In this document: in pieces, positions 1 to 11,755 of the stretch
Layout of the letters: each line of letters opens with the position of its first letter
Position numbering within the stretch: position 1 is the first letter of the stretch
Source of the DNA: an uncultured Acidobacteriota bacterium
GTDB lineage: Bacteria; Acidobacteriota; UBA6911
Assembly: GCA_963843575.1 (NCBI GenBank)
Contig: CAWJKZ010000010.1
Span: forward strand, 544,001 to 608,000
Reading direction: 5' to 3'
DNA length: 64,000 nt
Notes under the pieces: generated by a model
What the model saw: only the letters and a program-made list of their open reading frames with translations
Databases searched by the model: none
What the model was told of the DNA's origin: nothing
Made by a program: the position numbers and the translations under genes

Positions 1-887
1 GTTACGCGATAATCCGCGACGGGGAGGCAAACTCAGCGAGCGCCCTCGATTACCGGATCGGCGTCTCGGTCTTTTATGAGGTCCTGGACGGCAACCGCAT
101 TGTGGACGCCGTCAGCGTTCCGGTCGGCGAACCCACTCTCCGTTGGGTATTCCCTGTCGAAATCGATGCGCTCAAAGGGCTCTACTCCGGTTTCGCCATC
201 GTGAACCTCGGTGAAGCGGACAACCATGTCACCCTGAAGCTGTGGACCGCCTTCTCCCCCGCATCTGCCGACGCCTCCGACGGTGGGACCGTCGAGCTGG
301 ACTTGGGCCCCGGAGAGCAGAAGGCCCGTTTCCTGAGCGAGCCGGGGCTTTTCCCGCAGTACCTCCTCTACAACGGCATCCTCTCGGGCACCGCGGACAA
401 ACCGGTCGCAGTCCTCGGCTTGTTGCAGACCCAGGCGGCAGTCGGCGTGCAATACTCCACCCTGGCAGCGGAGAATCTCGACTCGATCTACAGGGAGTCG
501 TACACCTACCTGCCGCAGACCTCGTCTCTGGACGCCGACGCCATCAAGGTGCCGTTTGCCACGACCGACGACGGGGGCGTCGCGGACGTTCTGTTGCAGG
601 TGATCAGTTCCACGGTGCGCTACTTCGCCCCGCAGAACGGCGCGACGCTGGCATCCCTGGGAATCCGCACGGCGGGTGAGGTCGCCACCTTGACCCTGGA
701 CGACCTCAGGGCGACCGCCTATGCGGCGACGCCGCTCGACTTCACGGACATTTCCGGAAACCTCGTCCCGGGTTTCTCGTTCGCGGTCAAAACATCTCAG
801 GGACGCTTCGCCAAGGTGCGGGTCGACCGCATTGTGAGCCTGGGTGAAGCCAAAGATGTCGTCCTCCAGGTGTCGGTCTACCGCTAA
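1..887 (+). CDS. Hypothetical protein, 5'-truncated by the window edge
   Basis: The frame of ORF 102..887 stays open back to position 3 (YAIIRDGEANSA...). Protein-like composition; no family recognised. Confidence 0.7.
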   Translation, partial: YAIIRDGEANSASALDYRIGVSVFYEVLDGNRIVDAVSVPVGEPTLRWVFPVEIDALKGLYSGFAIVNLGEADNHVTLKLWTAFSPASADASDGGTVELDLGPGEQKARFLSEPGLFPQYLLYNGILSGTADKPVAVLGLLQTQAAVGVQYSTLAAENLDSIYRESYTYLPQTSSLDADAIKVPFATTDDGGVADVLLQVISSTVRYFAPQNGATLASLGIRTAGEVATLTLDDLRATAYAATPLDFTDISGNLVPGFSFAVKTSQGRFAKVRVDRIVSLGEAKDVVLQVSVYR

Positions 888-893
888 CCCATT

Positions 894-1005
894 TGGAGTG
901 CGGCGGCTCGACGCCGCTTTGGTGGTGGCGCCTCGGCGCCACCGAATGCCGAGCCACCGGGTGTCATTTCGCAATTCGGCGTGGCTGCCGAGGCGCCGCA
1001 CTCCA
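894..1005. repeat. REP-like palindrome, family A (TGGAGTGCGGCGGCTCGACGCCGCTTT...GGCGCCGCACTCCA)
   Basis: Inverted ends. The motif recurs at 9785, 15642, 18436, 22545, 33755, 35495, 36125 and 39110. Confidence 0.85.
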
Positions 1006-1039
1006 ATTCAGGCTTGATTTGTGAGGCGCGCGCCCGATA

Positions 1040-1900
1040 ATGGGCGGTATGAAGCGGGTCGAGGAGTTGCTGCGGCTGTCGGTGCCGGAATTGCGGAAGC
1101 GCTTCGTCGAGCGGAAACGCCCGGTCCCGGCTGCCCTGCTCGAAGCCCTCGAGCGGGACGGCCGCGCGGGCGCCCGCCAGGTGGCGGAAACCGTCCGGCG
1201 GCGGCGCGCGGCAAACCGGCGCGAAGGGCAGCGGCTGCACCGCCTGTTGCGCTTTGAGACCGAGCTTTGGCGCGAGGGCATCCTCCTCATCGCCGGGGTG
1301 GACGAAGCCGGGATGGCCCCGCTCGCTGGGCCAGTTGTGGCGGCGGCCGTCATCCTTCCGCGCAATTACAGGCTGCGCGGCCTGGACGACTCGAAGAAGG
1401 TCCTGGACCCGGAATTCCGGGAGGTTCTGGCTCTGCAGATCAAGAAGGACGCCCTGTCCTGGGCGGTGGGACGAGCGGAGGTCGAAGAAATCGACCGGTT
1501 GAACATCTACCACGCGGGGCTGATCGCGATGCAGAGGGCCGTGGAGTCGCTGACCCGCAAACCGGAGTACCTGCTCGTGGACGCCCGCACCATCCCGCAG
1601 TGCGGCACCCCACAGAGGGGCATTATCCACGGTGATGCGCTCTCGGCGAGCATCGCGGCCGCCTCCATCATTGCCAAGACCACCCGCGACGCCTACATGA
1701 TCGAGGTCGACCGCCAGTACTCGGGATACCGCTTCGCCTCCCACAAGGGCTACCCGACCCCGGAGCACTGCCGCCTGCTGAAGGAACTCGGTGCCGTGCC
1801 GGTGCACAGGCAGAGCTTCGCCCGCGTGCGCCAGGTGCTCGGCCTCGACCCGGTCCAGGGAGAGCTTTTCCCGGCGGATTCGTGCGACGGGTCGGCCTGA
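1040..1900 (+). CDS. rnhB: Ribonuclease HII
   Basis: Motifs [49 protein letters not shown]. Confidence 0.97.
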   Translation: MGGMKRVEELLRLSVPELRKRFVERKRPVPAALLEALERDGRAGARQVAETVRRRRAANRREGQRLHRLLRFETELWREGILLIAGVDEAGMAPLAGPVVAAAVILPRNYRLRGLDDSKKVLDPEFREVLALQIKKDALSWAVGRAEVEEIDRLNIYHAGLIAMQRAVESLTRKPEYLLVDARTIPQCGTPQRGIIHGDALSASIAAASIIAKTTRDAYMIEVDRQYSGYRFASHKGYPTPEHCRLLKELGAVPVHRQSFARVRQVLGLDPVQGELFPADSCDGSA

Positions 1901-1912
1901 AGGCTCGTGAGG

Positions 1913-2719
1913 TCACGGCCACAGGGAGTTCAACACGGCGGCCACCCGCAAGCCTGCCAGAATCAACCGCTCCTGCACGACCGGAACAGCGCGCAGATAA
2001 TACGCGCGGCCCAGCCTTAGCCCTGGGGTGAGCGGACGGTCGCTGCCGGGCTGCAGGTACGCGCGGCGCGCCTCGGTCAGGCTCTCGTTGGCCCAATCGA
2101 CCTCGGTCCGGCCGGCGTCTTTTCGGGCGGCCCCGATCATCCCCTCGAGCTCGCGTACCAGCCAGTTCTCGCTTCGAGCGTGCCGCTCCAGCACGCGCCA
2201 ATCCCAGACCTGGTGGAGGTTGGCGCCCTCGCCATAAAACCTTACCTGCAGGTCATTTCCGCCGCGGTCGCCGCGTCCGCCGACGTGCAATGGCTGGTGC
2301 AAGTCCTGGATTGCGTGAACGAGGAATTTCAGCGCCACCTGCTTCTCGTAGCGGGAGGAGCGCGGGTTGCGCAGGATCGCTTTGAAATCCGCTATCTTGC
2401 CAACCACGCAGCCCTCGCGCGGGCAGTAGGCAGGATCGTACCTCGTTACCGTGATGGGGACGTTGACGTAGTGCCACGGAGCGCTGTGCGGCACCTCACG
2501 CTGGAGATCGGCCCAAAGCGCCGCGTCGACGAAAGTCCCGCCGCGCTCGAGCAGGCCGGCGACGGCGGCACGGGCCGCGGGCGAGAGCCGGGGTTCGGCC
2601 AGGCGCGCGGCCACGCGATGGCCGAGCGGCCCCCAACCGGACGCCGGGACCGGCAACCCCGCAACTCCAGCCAGCAACACCAGGGCCCAGACCCGTCTCT
2701 TGGCGCTCGTGAATCTCAA
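1913..2719 (-). CDS. S1/P1 nuclease, secreted
   Basis: Signal peptide then WGPLGH; WAD, WHYVN, HAIQDLHQPLH, DRGGN, NLHQVWD. Confidence 0.95.
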   Translation of the reverse strand: MRFTSAKRRVWALVLLAGVAGLPVPASGWGPLGHRVAARLAEPRLSPAARAAVAGLLERGGTFVDAALWADLQREVPHSAPWHYVNVPITVTRYDPAYCPREGCVVGKIADFKAILRNPRSSRYEKQVALKFLVHAIQDLHQPLHVGGRGDRGGNDLQVRFYGEGANLHQVWDWRVLERHARSENWLVRELEGMIGAARKDAGRTEVDWANESLTEARRAYLQPGSDRPLTPGLRLGRAYYLRAVPVVQERLILAGLRVAAVLNSLWP

Positions 2720-3282
2720 TCCCTTACCTTGCCGTCTGCTTTCCAGAGATACAGGGTCCGGCTGTAGCCGTTGCTGTCCTGGAATGTCTCGGTCTTGGCC
2801 GCTTCCCAGTCACCCATCGAAAACGCGTGCGACACGATCCGGGCGCCGGGCTTCAACTGCCTGGTCAGCAGCGGACGCAACTTCAGGTTCGAGGACGAGA
2901 GCAGGTACAGGGTCACGACCGTGGCCTTGGAAACGTCCACGGTCGTGGCGTCCTGCAGCTTGAAACTGACCAGGTTCTCGACCCCGGCCATCTTGGCGTT
3001 CGCCTGCGACTCGCTGATCCGCTCCGGGTCGATATCGACGCCCACGCCGTGCGCGCCGTACTTCTTGGCCGCCGTGATCACGATGCGGCCGTCGCCGCAA
3101 CCGAGGTCATAGACCACGTCCTGGGACGTGACCGCCGCGAGCGCAAGCATGCGGTCCACGATCTCCTGCGGCGTCGGCACGTAAGGGGCGAGACTCTCCT
3201 GCGGTGCCGCAGCGGGATTGCCGGGCAGGCAGGCGATTGCTATCCCCACAACGAAAATCAGCGCTGCTGTTCGTAGCAACAT
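2716..3282 (-). CDS. Class I SAM-dependent methyltransferase with N-terminal signal-like segment
   Basis: APYVPTP, VYDLGCGDGR, GARIVSH. GGAGGA RBS before the ATG at 3282. Confidence 0.9.
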   Translation of the reverse strand: MLLRTAALIFVVGIAIACLPGNPAAAPQESLAPYVPTPQEIVDRMLALAAVTSQDVVYDLGCGDGRIVITAAKKYGAHGVGVDIDPERISESQANAKMAGVENLVSFKLQDATTVDVSKATVVTLYLLSSSNLKLRPLLTRQLKPGARIVSHAFSMGDWEAAKTETFQDSNGYSRTLYLWKADGKVRD

Positions 3283-3360
3283 GTGATCCTCCGTGAACTC
3301 CAGGGGGCATCGGGTATCCGGCACACTGTAGCACGGCCCGGCCACGGCCTAAACACAAAG

Positions 3361-3645
3361 CAAGTGGGTCCAACGATTGATCTGCCCGATCCAAACAAGA
3401 TACAAGTGGATCCGGGCTTCAGCCCGGACGCTGTTTGCGGTCGCTATAGCGTGCGCCCGTCGCCACATAGATCAGATCAAAAGACGTCCGGGCTGAAGCC
3501 CGGACCCACTTGTGTTACGGACAGGTCGGGCGGTTCAATCGTTGGGCAGCCTCTTCCAGCCGGACGGCGTTGTGGTTGCTGTCTAATGCAGGTGTCGCTA
3601 TATCGGCCAGATCAAACGACGTCCGGGCGAAGCCCGGATCCACGT
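3361..3645. repeat. REP mosaic, family B (CAAGTGGGTCCGGGCTTCAGCCCGGAC...GTCCGGGCTGAAGCCCGGACCCACTTG)
   Basis: Complete inverted doublet at 3403-3512 plus a degenerate copy at about 3555-3645. Near-identical units at 38996 and 43369. Confidence 0.9.
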
Positions 3646-3797
3646 CGCTTGCGTCAGGTCGGCGGCACCTAAAAAAAATTGCATTTCCGGTTCAAACCGA
3701 ATACTTTGAATGTAATCGCAACAAGTCCACTTGTAATGCGGCGCCGCCGGCCAGGCCGGCCGGAATTCATCAGAGGAAGAAGAGAGGGCTGTGCCAG

Positions 3798-6700
3798 GTG
3801 AGCAGGGATATTCGTATTCATGGAGTACCGCCTCCCCAGGGTCTGTACGATCCGAGCGGCGAGCGGGACGCTTGCGGCATCGGGTTCGTCGTCAACATCA
3901 ACGGCCAGAAGTCCCATGAAATCATACTGAAGGGGATAGAGATCCTCATCAACCTGACGCACCGCGGCGCCTGCGGGTGCGATCCGGTGACCGGCGACGG
4001 GGCCGGTCTGATGATCCAGATCCCGCACGCGTTTTTCGAGCTCGAATGCGCCAGGCTCGGGTTTGCCCTTCCCAGCCCCGGCGAGTACGGCGTCGGCATG
4101 GTGTTCCTGCCCGTCGAGCGCCACCAGCGTCTCACGTGCGAAGGGATCCTGGAACGTATCGTGCGCGAGGAGGGGCTCAGCGTCGCCGGCTGGCGCGACA
4201 CCCCGATCGACGCCAACGCGATCGGCCGCATCGCGCGCGCCTCGCAGCCGTACATCCAGCAGATCTTCGTGCGGCAGACTCCCGGAATGAACCAGGACGC
4301 GCTCGAGCGCAAGCTCTACGTCATCCGCAAGAGGGCCGAAGCCGAAGTGGCCTCGTCCGAGCTGCACGACAAGGGCTTCTTCTACATGCCCTCGCTCTCT
4401 TCCCGCACGATTGTCTACAAGGGCCTTCTGCTGGCACCGCAGATCGCCCACTTCTACAAGGAGCTCTCGAACCCGGCCGTCGTCAGCGCGCTTTGCCTCG
4501 TGCACCAGCGCTTCTCCACCAACACGTTTCCGACCTGGCACCTCGCCCACCCGTTCCGCTTCATCTGCCACAACGGGGAGATCAACACGCTGAAGGGGAA
4601 CGTGGCGTGGATGGACGCCCGGCAGTCCGTGATGGCCTCGCCGCTCTTCGGTGACGACATCGGGAAGCTCATCCCGATCATCGCCCCGGGGGGCAGCGAC
4701 TCCGCGTGCGTCGACAACGCGGTGGAACTGCTGCACCTCGCTGGCCGAAGCCTGCCGCACGTGATGGCGATGCTGATCCCCGAGGCGTGGGCGTCGGACT
4801 CCTCCATGAGCCCGGCGAAGAAGGCCTTCTACGAGTACCACGCGTCGCTGATGGAGCCGTGGGACGGGCCGGCGGCGATCGCGTTCAGCGACGGCAGGGT
4901 GATCGGAGCGACGCTCGACCGGAACGGCCTCCGCCCGGCCCGCTATCTCGTCACCAACGACGACCTGGTGATCATGGCCTCCGAAACCGGCGTCCTGCCG
5001 GTCAAGCCGGAGGATGTCCGGTTCAAGGGCCGCCTGCAGCCCGGCCGGATGCTCCTGGTGGACACCGAGCAGGGGCGCATCGTGCCCGACGAGGAGATCA
5101 AGGAAGGCCTCGCCGCGCAGACAGCCCTACGCCGAGTGGCTGAAGGAGAACCAGATCACGCTGGAGCAGCTCCCGGCGCCCCCGCGCTGGCACCCGACCG
5201 AACCCGAATCCATGGTCGGCCGGCTGCGCTGTTTCGGGTACACGGACGAGGAGCTGCGCATGATCCTCGCCCCGATGGCCGATCGACGGGCAGGAGCCGG
5301 TCGGGTCGATGGGGACGGACACCCCGCTCGCGTGCCTGTCCGACCGCCCGCAGCTGCTGTTCCACTACTTCAAGCAGCTGTTCGCCCAGGTGACCAACCC
5401 GGCGATCGACCCGATACGCGAGGAGCTGGTCATGTCGCTGACCAGCTTCATCGGCACCGAACGCAACCTGCTCGGCCGAGACGCCGCAACACTGCCACAC
5501 GCTTGAAGCTCGACGACTCCATCCTGACCAACTTCGACCTGGAGAAGCTCCGCCGCGTGTCCTGGGGCGATTTCCTGGCGACCACGCTCCCGATGCTGTA
5601 CCGGGTCGAAGGCGGCGAAAAGGAGCTGGAGCGGGCGCTGGACGGTCTTTGCCGCCGCGCGTCGCTCGCCATCCGCTCGGGCTACAGCCTGCTGATCCTC
5701 TCGGACCGCGGCGTCGAAAGCGATTACGCGCCGATCCCGAGCCTGCTGGCGCTCACGGCGGTGCACAACCACCTCGTGCGCGAGGCGACGCGCACGCAGG
5801 TGGCACTCATCGTGGAATCCGGCGAACCGCGCGAGGTCATGCACTTTGCCCTCCTGATCGGCTACGGCGCCAGCGCCATCAACCCGTACCTCGCCATCGA
5901 GACCATCGAGGAACTCCACCGCCGCGGCACGCTCCCTCCCCACATCACGGCCGCCGGCGCTCTGAAGAACTACAAGAAGGCGATCAACAAGGGCCTGCTC
6001 AAGGTGTTCTCGAAGATGGGCATTTCCACCCTCCAGAGCTACCACGGCGCCCAGGTTTTCGAGGCGATCGGGCTGAACAGGTCCCTGATCGAGAAGTATT
6101 TCACCGGCACGCCCGTCGCGCATCGAAGGGGTCGGGCTCGACGTGCTGGCGCGCGAGTCCAGGATCAAGCACCAGCACTCGCTGCGGCCGGTGACCGGGT
6201 CCGACCTGGAACTGGACTGTGGCGGCCACTACGCGTTCCGGATCGGGGGCGAGTATCACCTCTACAACCCCGTCACGATCAGCAAACTGCAGCACGCGGT
6301 GCGGCAGTCGCGCTACGAGAACTACCGGGAGTACGCCGAGCACGTCAACAACCAGACACGGCAGCTCTGCACCCTGCGCGGCCTGATGACGCTGCGCAAG
6401 TCGCTTCACCCGATTCCGCTCGAGGAGGTCGAACCGGCCCGCGAGATCGTCAAACGCTTCGCCACCGGCGCGATGTCGTTCGGCTCCATCAGCAAGGAAG
6501 CGCACGAGACCCTGGCCATCGCGATGAACCGGATCGGGGCGAAGTCCAACACGGGCGAGGGGGGCGAGGACGAGGCGCGCTTCGCGCCCGACGCCAACGG
6601 CGACTGGCGCCGGAGCGCGATCAAGCAGGTGGCTTCCGGGCGTTTCGGCGTGACCACCAACTACCTGGTCAACGCCGACGAACTGCAGATCAAGATCGCC

Positions 6701-8377
6701 CAGGGAGCCAAGCCGGGCGAGGGGGGGCAGCTTCCCGGCCACAAGGTGGACGAGGTCATCGCGCGGGTGCGCCACTCCATCCCCGGCGTCCAGCTGATCT
6801 CGCCGCCGCCGCACCACGACATCTACTCGATCGAGGACCTTGCGCAGCTGATCTACGACCTCAAAAACGTCAACCCGAAGGCCCGCATCTCGGTCAAGCT
6901 GGTCGCCGAAGTCGGAGTCGGGATCGTGGCCGCCGGCGTGGCCAAGGCCCACGCCGACGTCGTCCTCATCAGCGGCCACGACGGGGGCACCGGGGCGTCA
7001 CCGCTGTCGGCCATGAAACACTCGGGGATTCCGTGGGAACTGGGGCTGGCGGAAACCCAGCAGGTGCTGGTGATGAACGACCTGCGCAGCCGCATTCGCG
7101 TCCAGACCGACGGCAAGCTGCAGACCGGGCGCGACGTGGTCATCGCGGCGCTGCTCGGCGCGGAGGAGTTCGGGTTTGCGACCGCCCCGCTGGTGGCGCT
7201 CGGCTGCATCATGATGAGAAAGTGCCACCTGAACACCTGCCCCGCCGGCATCGCCACGCAGGACCCCGTCCTGAGGCAGAGATTCCAGGGGCAGCCGGAA
7301 CACGTGGTCAACTTCTTTTTCTACGTCGCCGAGGAAGTCCGCGGGCTGATGGCGGAAATGGGATTCCGGACGATGGACGAGATGATCGGCCGGGTCGACA
7401 TGATCGATGTGCGCGACTGCGTGGACCACTGGAAAGCGAGGGGGCTCGATCTGTCCGCGATCCTTTTCAGCCCTCCGGTTCCCGGCCGCGTGGGGCGAAG
7501 GTGCATGGTCGCTCAGGACCACGGTTTGTCGGAGGCCCTCGACTACACTCTCATCGAACGGGCCCGCCCCTCGATCGAGACCGGCGCCCCCACCGACCTG
7601 TCGCTGCCCATCCGGAACATTCACAGGACGGTCGGGGCCATGCTGAGCGGCGAGGTCGCCCGCCGACACGGGTCACGCGGCCTGCCGGACGACACCATCC
7701 GATTCCACTTCACCGGGTCCGCCGGGCAGAGTTTCGGCGCTTTCCTCGCCAAGGGCATCACCCTGACGCTCGAGGGGGACGCGAACGACTACGTCGGCAA
7801 GGGGCTTTCAGGCGGCCGGCTGATCATCCGTCCGCCCAACGGCTCGTCCTACGTACCCGAAGACAACATGATCGTCGGAAACGTCGTGCTGTACGGGGCC
7901 ACCAGCGGCGAGGCCTTCTTCAACGGCATGGCCGGGGAACGCTTTGCAGTCCGGAACTCGGGCGCCACCGCCGTGGTTGAGGCCGTCGGGGACCACGGCT
8001 GCGAATACATGACCAAAGGGATGGTCGTCATCCTGGGAAACACGGGCCGGAACTTCGCCGCAGGCATGACCGGCGGCGTCGCCTTCGTCCTGGACGAGAC
8101 CGGGGAGTTCGCCACGGTACGCTGCAACCGCGCCGGCGTCGACCTCGAATCCCTGGCCGACATGGAGGAAATCGCGGCGGTCCAGATCCTCCTGTCGCGC
8201 CACGTCGAATACACGCGCAGCCCCCGCGCACGCTGGATCCTGGACAACTGGGACGCCCTGTTGCCCAGGTTTGTAAAGGTCTTCCCCCACGAGTACAAGC
8301 GGGTGCTCGGCGCGGCCGCGACCCGGAACCCGCAGGGGGGTGGCCTGCCGGAGATCAGGCAGGTGGTCCATGGGTAA
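3798..8377 (+). CDS. gltB: Glutamate synthase large subunit (frameshifts at about 5120, 5285, 5480-5500 and 6112)
   Basis: [66 protein letters not shown] and GXGXG repeats, spread over successive frames. Confidence 0.97.
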
Positions 8378-9779
8378 AGTCACCGGGTTTCTCGAATTCG
8401 AGCGGGAGTTGCCCGAACGGCGTCCGGTCGCCGAGCGGGTCCAGGACTTCTTCGAGCTGTACCAGCCCTTCCCTGACGAGAAGGTGCGCACCCAGGGGGC
8501 GCGCTGCATGGACTGCGGCATCCCCTTCTGCCACACCGGGTGCCCCGTCAACAACATCATCCCCGACTGGAACGACCTCGCGTACCGCGACCGGTGGCAC
8601 GACGCCATACGCGTGCTGCACGCCACGAACAACTTTCCGGAATTCACCGGCCGCGTGTGCCCCGCCCCGTGCGAGACTTCGTGCGTGCTGGGCATCAGCG
8701 CTCCTCCCGTGGCCATCAAGGCGATCGAAAAGTCGATCGTGGAAAAGGCGTTCCGGGAGGGGTTCATCCGCCCCGAACCGCCGGAAACGCCAAGCGGGAA
8801 GCGGGTCGCGGTCATCGGCTCCGGCCCCGCGGGACTGGCAGCCGCCCAGCAGCTCGCGCGGGCCGGCCACACCGTCTCCGTATACGAGAAGGCCGACCGC
8901 ATCGGGGGCCTCCTCCGGTACGGCATCCCTGATTTCAAACTCGAGAAGGACGTCATCGACCGAAGGCTTGAGCAGATGAGGGCCGAGGGCGTGCAGTTCC
9001 ACACTCGGGCCCACGTCGGCATCGACGTGGCGGTCCACGAGCTGCGCAGGAATTACCACGCGGTGCTCCTCACCTGCGGGGCCGAGCAGCCACGGGAGCT
9101 CAGGGTCCCGGGGCGCGACCTGAAGGGGATCTGCTTCGCCATGCAGTTTCTGCCACAGCAGAACCGGCGCTGCGCCGGCGACCGGGTCGATCCGCGCGAG
9201 GCAATCGTTGCCACGGGCAAACGCGTAATCATCATCGGCGGCGGAGACACCGGGGCCGACTGCCTGGGAACCGCGATCCGCCAGAAGGCCCTGTCGATTC
9301 ACCAGCTTGAAATCATGCCGCGCCCCCCGGAAGCGCGCTCGCCCCAGACGCCCTGGCCTATGTGGCCCCTGATGCTGCGCACGGAGACGTCGCACGAAGA
9401 GGGGGGCATCCGCGAATGGTCCGCCGCAACGACAAAGTTCACCGGGGACGAGCAGGGCAACGTCCAGCAGCTGCACGCGGTGCGCGTCGGCCCCGCCCCG
9501 GGCTTTGAGCCTATGCCCGGGACCGAATTCACCCTGGAGGCCGACCTCGTGCTCCTGGCCATGGGCTTCGAAGGGCCCGTCCGCAGCGGCATGATCGAGC
9601 AGCTCGGGGTCGCCCTCGACGCCCGCGGCAACGCCTCCACCGACGGGAACTACATGACTTCGGTCCCAGGAGTGTTTGCCGCCGGCGACATGCGTCGCGG
9701 ACAGTCGCTCGTCGTGTGGGCCATCCGCGAGGGCCGGCAGGCCGCGCGTTCGATCGACTTCTTCCTCAAGCAGGAGTGA
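8370..9779 (+). CDS. gltD: Glutamate synthase small subunit
   Basis: [55 protein letters not shown]. Overlaps the gltB stop. Confidence 0.97.
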   Translation: MGKVTGFLEFERELPERRPVAERVQDFFELYQPFPDEKVRTQGARCMDCGIPFCHTGCPVNNIIPDWNDLAYRDRWHDAIRVLHATNNFPEFTGRVCPAPCETSCVLGISAPPVAIKAIEKSIVEKAFREGFIRPEPPETPSGKRVAVIGSGPAGLAAAQQLARAGHTVSVYEKADRIGGLLRYGIPDFKLEKDVIDRRLEQMRAEGVQFHTRAHVGIDVAVHELRRNYHAVLLTCGAEQPRELRVPGRDLKGICFAMQFLPQQNRRCAGDRVDPREAIVATGKRVIIIGGGDTGADCLGTAIRQKALSIHQLEIMPRPPEARSPQTPWPMWPLMLRTETSHEEGGIREWSAATTKFTGDEQGNVQQLHAVRVGPAPGFEPMPGTEFTLEADLVLLAMGFEGPVRSGMIEQLGVALDARGNASTDGNYMTSVPGVFAAGDMRRGQSLVVWAIREGRQAARSIDFFLKQE

Positions 9780-9784
9780 AAATC

Positions 9785-9873
9785 TGGAGTGCGGCGGATC
9801 GACGCCGCTTTGGTGGAGGCGCCCGGGCGCCGCAATGGCGCGATCCGCTGTGGCGCCAAGGCGCCGCACTCCA
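9785..9873. repeat. REP-like palindrome, family A
   Basis: TGGAGTGCGGCGGATCGACGCCGCTTT...GGCGCCGCACTCCA. Confidence 0.85.
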
Positions 9874-9888
9874 CATTGGAGATCGTCG

Positions 9889-11217
9889 ATGAGAATGACG
9901 GTTTTGCCTGCACTCTGTCTCGTTGCCATACTTCAGTCGCCCGCATCACCCAAAGCCAATTGGCCGCAATGGCGCGGGCCCGGCGGGGATGGCATCTCCC
10001 AGGAGACGGGTCTCGCCGCGGAGTGGAGCCCCGACACCAATATCCGCTGGAAAACCGCCATCCCGGGCCGGGGACACTCCTCGCCCGTCGTGTGGGACAA
10101 CCGAGTGTTCCTAACCACGGACGTCGAGGGAGACGTCGTCCCGGGCGCCAAAGCCGTGAAGCACGTCCAGGAAGGACAGGGTTTCAAGCACCCCGACAGC
10201 GTCGGGGCCGACCGCCGCCACAGCATGCGGGTGCTGTCCCTGGACAGGGGCACGGGCAAGATCCTGTGGGAAAGGATTTCTTACGAGGGGACCGTCTACG
10301 ACGACCGGCACCGGAAGGGGAGCTACGCCTCGCCCACCCCGGCGACCGACGGCCGGCGCGTCTACGCCTGGTTCGGCTCCGAAGGGCTGTACTGCTACGA
10401 CTTCCGGGGCAACCTCGTCTGGAAGACGTCCGTCGGCCCGATTGCGACCGTGGGGATGGGGGTCGCATCCTCGCCGGTGCTTCGCGGGGATCTGGTCATC
10501 CTCCAGTGCGACGAGGACAACGGCGAGAAATCATTTCTGGTCGGCATCTCCAAGGAGACCGGGAAGGAGGCCTGGAAGACCGTGCGCCCGGTCCAGGCGT
10601 CCTGGTCGAGCCCGCTGCTTGTCTCCGGCCCCGGGCGGCAGGAACTTGTCTGCAGCGGAAACGAGTGGATAATCGGTTACGACCCGTCCACGGGGAAGGA
10701 ACTGTGGCGCACCAAAGGGCACGAGAGCAACGCGATTCCCAGCCCGGTCGCAGGTCACGGGATGGTGTTCGTCTCGGCGGGATTCCCGGTCAAACAGACC
10801 GTGGCCATTCGGACCGGCGGGTCCGGGGACCTCACCGCAGGCCCGAACATCGCCTGGAAATACGAAAAGGGGACCGCGTACGTCCCTTCCGGGATCCTCT
10901 ACGGGGACTATCTCTACCTGATGACGGACCGGGGAATCCTGACCTGCCTCGACGCCCGCACCGGGGCCCTTCAGTACGACAACGGGAGAGTCCCGATCCC
11001 CGCGACCTTCACCGCCTCGCCGGTCGCCTGCGAGGGTCGCTTGCTCCTCACCAGCGAGGACGGGGACACCTTCGTCGTGAAGTCCGGTCCAAAATACGAA
11101 TTGGTCGCGACCAACTCCATCGGCGAGCCGGTGTACGCATCCCCCGCCATTTCCCACGGGATGATTCTGATCCGGGGCGAACAACACCTGTACTGCATCG
11201 CCCCGCCCGGCAGGTGA
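9889..11217 (+). CDS. PQQ-like beta-propeller protein (BamB-like repeats), secreted
   Basis: Signal peptide, NWPQWRGP, GHSSPVV, repeated tG...W propeller motifs, terminal YASPAIS...LYCI. Confidence 0.9.
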   Translation: MRMTVLPALCLVAILQSPASPKANWPQWRGPGGDGISQETGLAAEWSPDTNIRWKTAIPGRGHSSPVVWDNRVFLTTDVEGDVVPGAKAVKHVQEGQGFKHPDSVGADRRHSMRVLSLDRGTGKILWERISYEGTVYDDRHRKGSYASPTPATDGRRVYAWFGSEGLYCYDFRGNLVWKTSVGPIATVGMGVASSPVLRGDLVILQCDEDNGEKSFLVGISKETGKEAWKTVRPVQASWSSPLLVSGPGRQELVCSGNEWIIGYDPSTGKELWRTKGHESNAIPSPVAGHGMVFVSAGFPVKQTVAIRTGGSGDLTAGPNIAWKYEKGTAYVPSGILYGDYLYLMTDRGILTCLDARTGALQYDNGRVPIPATFTASPVACEGRLLLTSEDGDTFVVKSGPKYELVATNSIGEPVYASPAISHGMILIRGEQHLYCIAPPGR

Positions 11218-11233
11218 ATCGCGAGGCTGAGTC

Positions 11234-11755
11234 ATGAGATCCGCTTTCGTTCTTGCCCTGGCTTCACTCTTGATGACGCAGGGCGCCAAACCCGATTTCA
11301 GCGGAAAGTGGGTGCTCGACAAGGAGCGCAGCTTCAGCAACCCGCCGGAACTGGACCAGTCCATCGAGGTGGTGCACAAGGGGGACGAAGTCCTGTTGGA
11401 AGCCGTCCTGACCACGCCGGCGCAGGGCCGGCAGGTCGTCAGGGAGCAGTGGGCGCTGGACGGCACCGAGCGCGACTTCACGCCCCCGACCCCGCCCAAC
11501 GCAAAGGGGAAGCGCAAGGCTTACTGGCTGCCGGGCAACCGCGGCATCGTGGTCGAGGATCGCGTGACCGCGGAGACCCCCGGCGCCGGCGCCGCACTCC
11601 TGCAAACCACGCGCAAGTGGACCTTGACGGCGGACGGCGCCACCCTCACGGTCGACTATTACATCGACCGCCCGACCGGCTCCGGCGAGTCGCGCCGGGT
11701 GTTTGTCAAGGAAGCCGCCGGCGGGCGGGGGCGGCTCGACCCCGCCCCCAAATGA
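11234..11755 (+). CDS. Secreted hypothetical protein (lipocalin-like beta barrel)
   Basis: Signal peptide followed by KPDFSGKWVLD; alternating beta-strand pattern. Confidence 0.75.
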   Translation: MRSAFVLALASLLMTQGAKPDFSGKWVLDKERSFSNPPELDQSIEVVHKGDEVLLEAVLTTPAQGRQVVREQWALDGTERDFTPPTPPNAKGKRKAYWLPGNRGIVVEDRVTAETPGAGAALLQTTRKWTLTADGATLTVDYYIDRPTGSGESRRVFVKEAAGGRGRLDPAPK

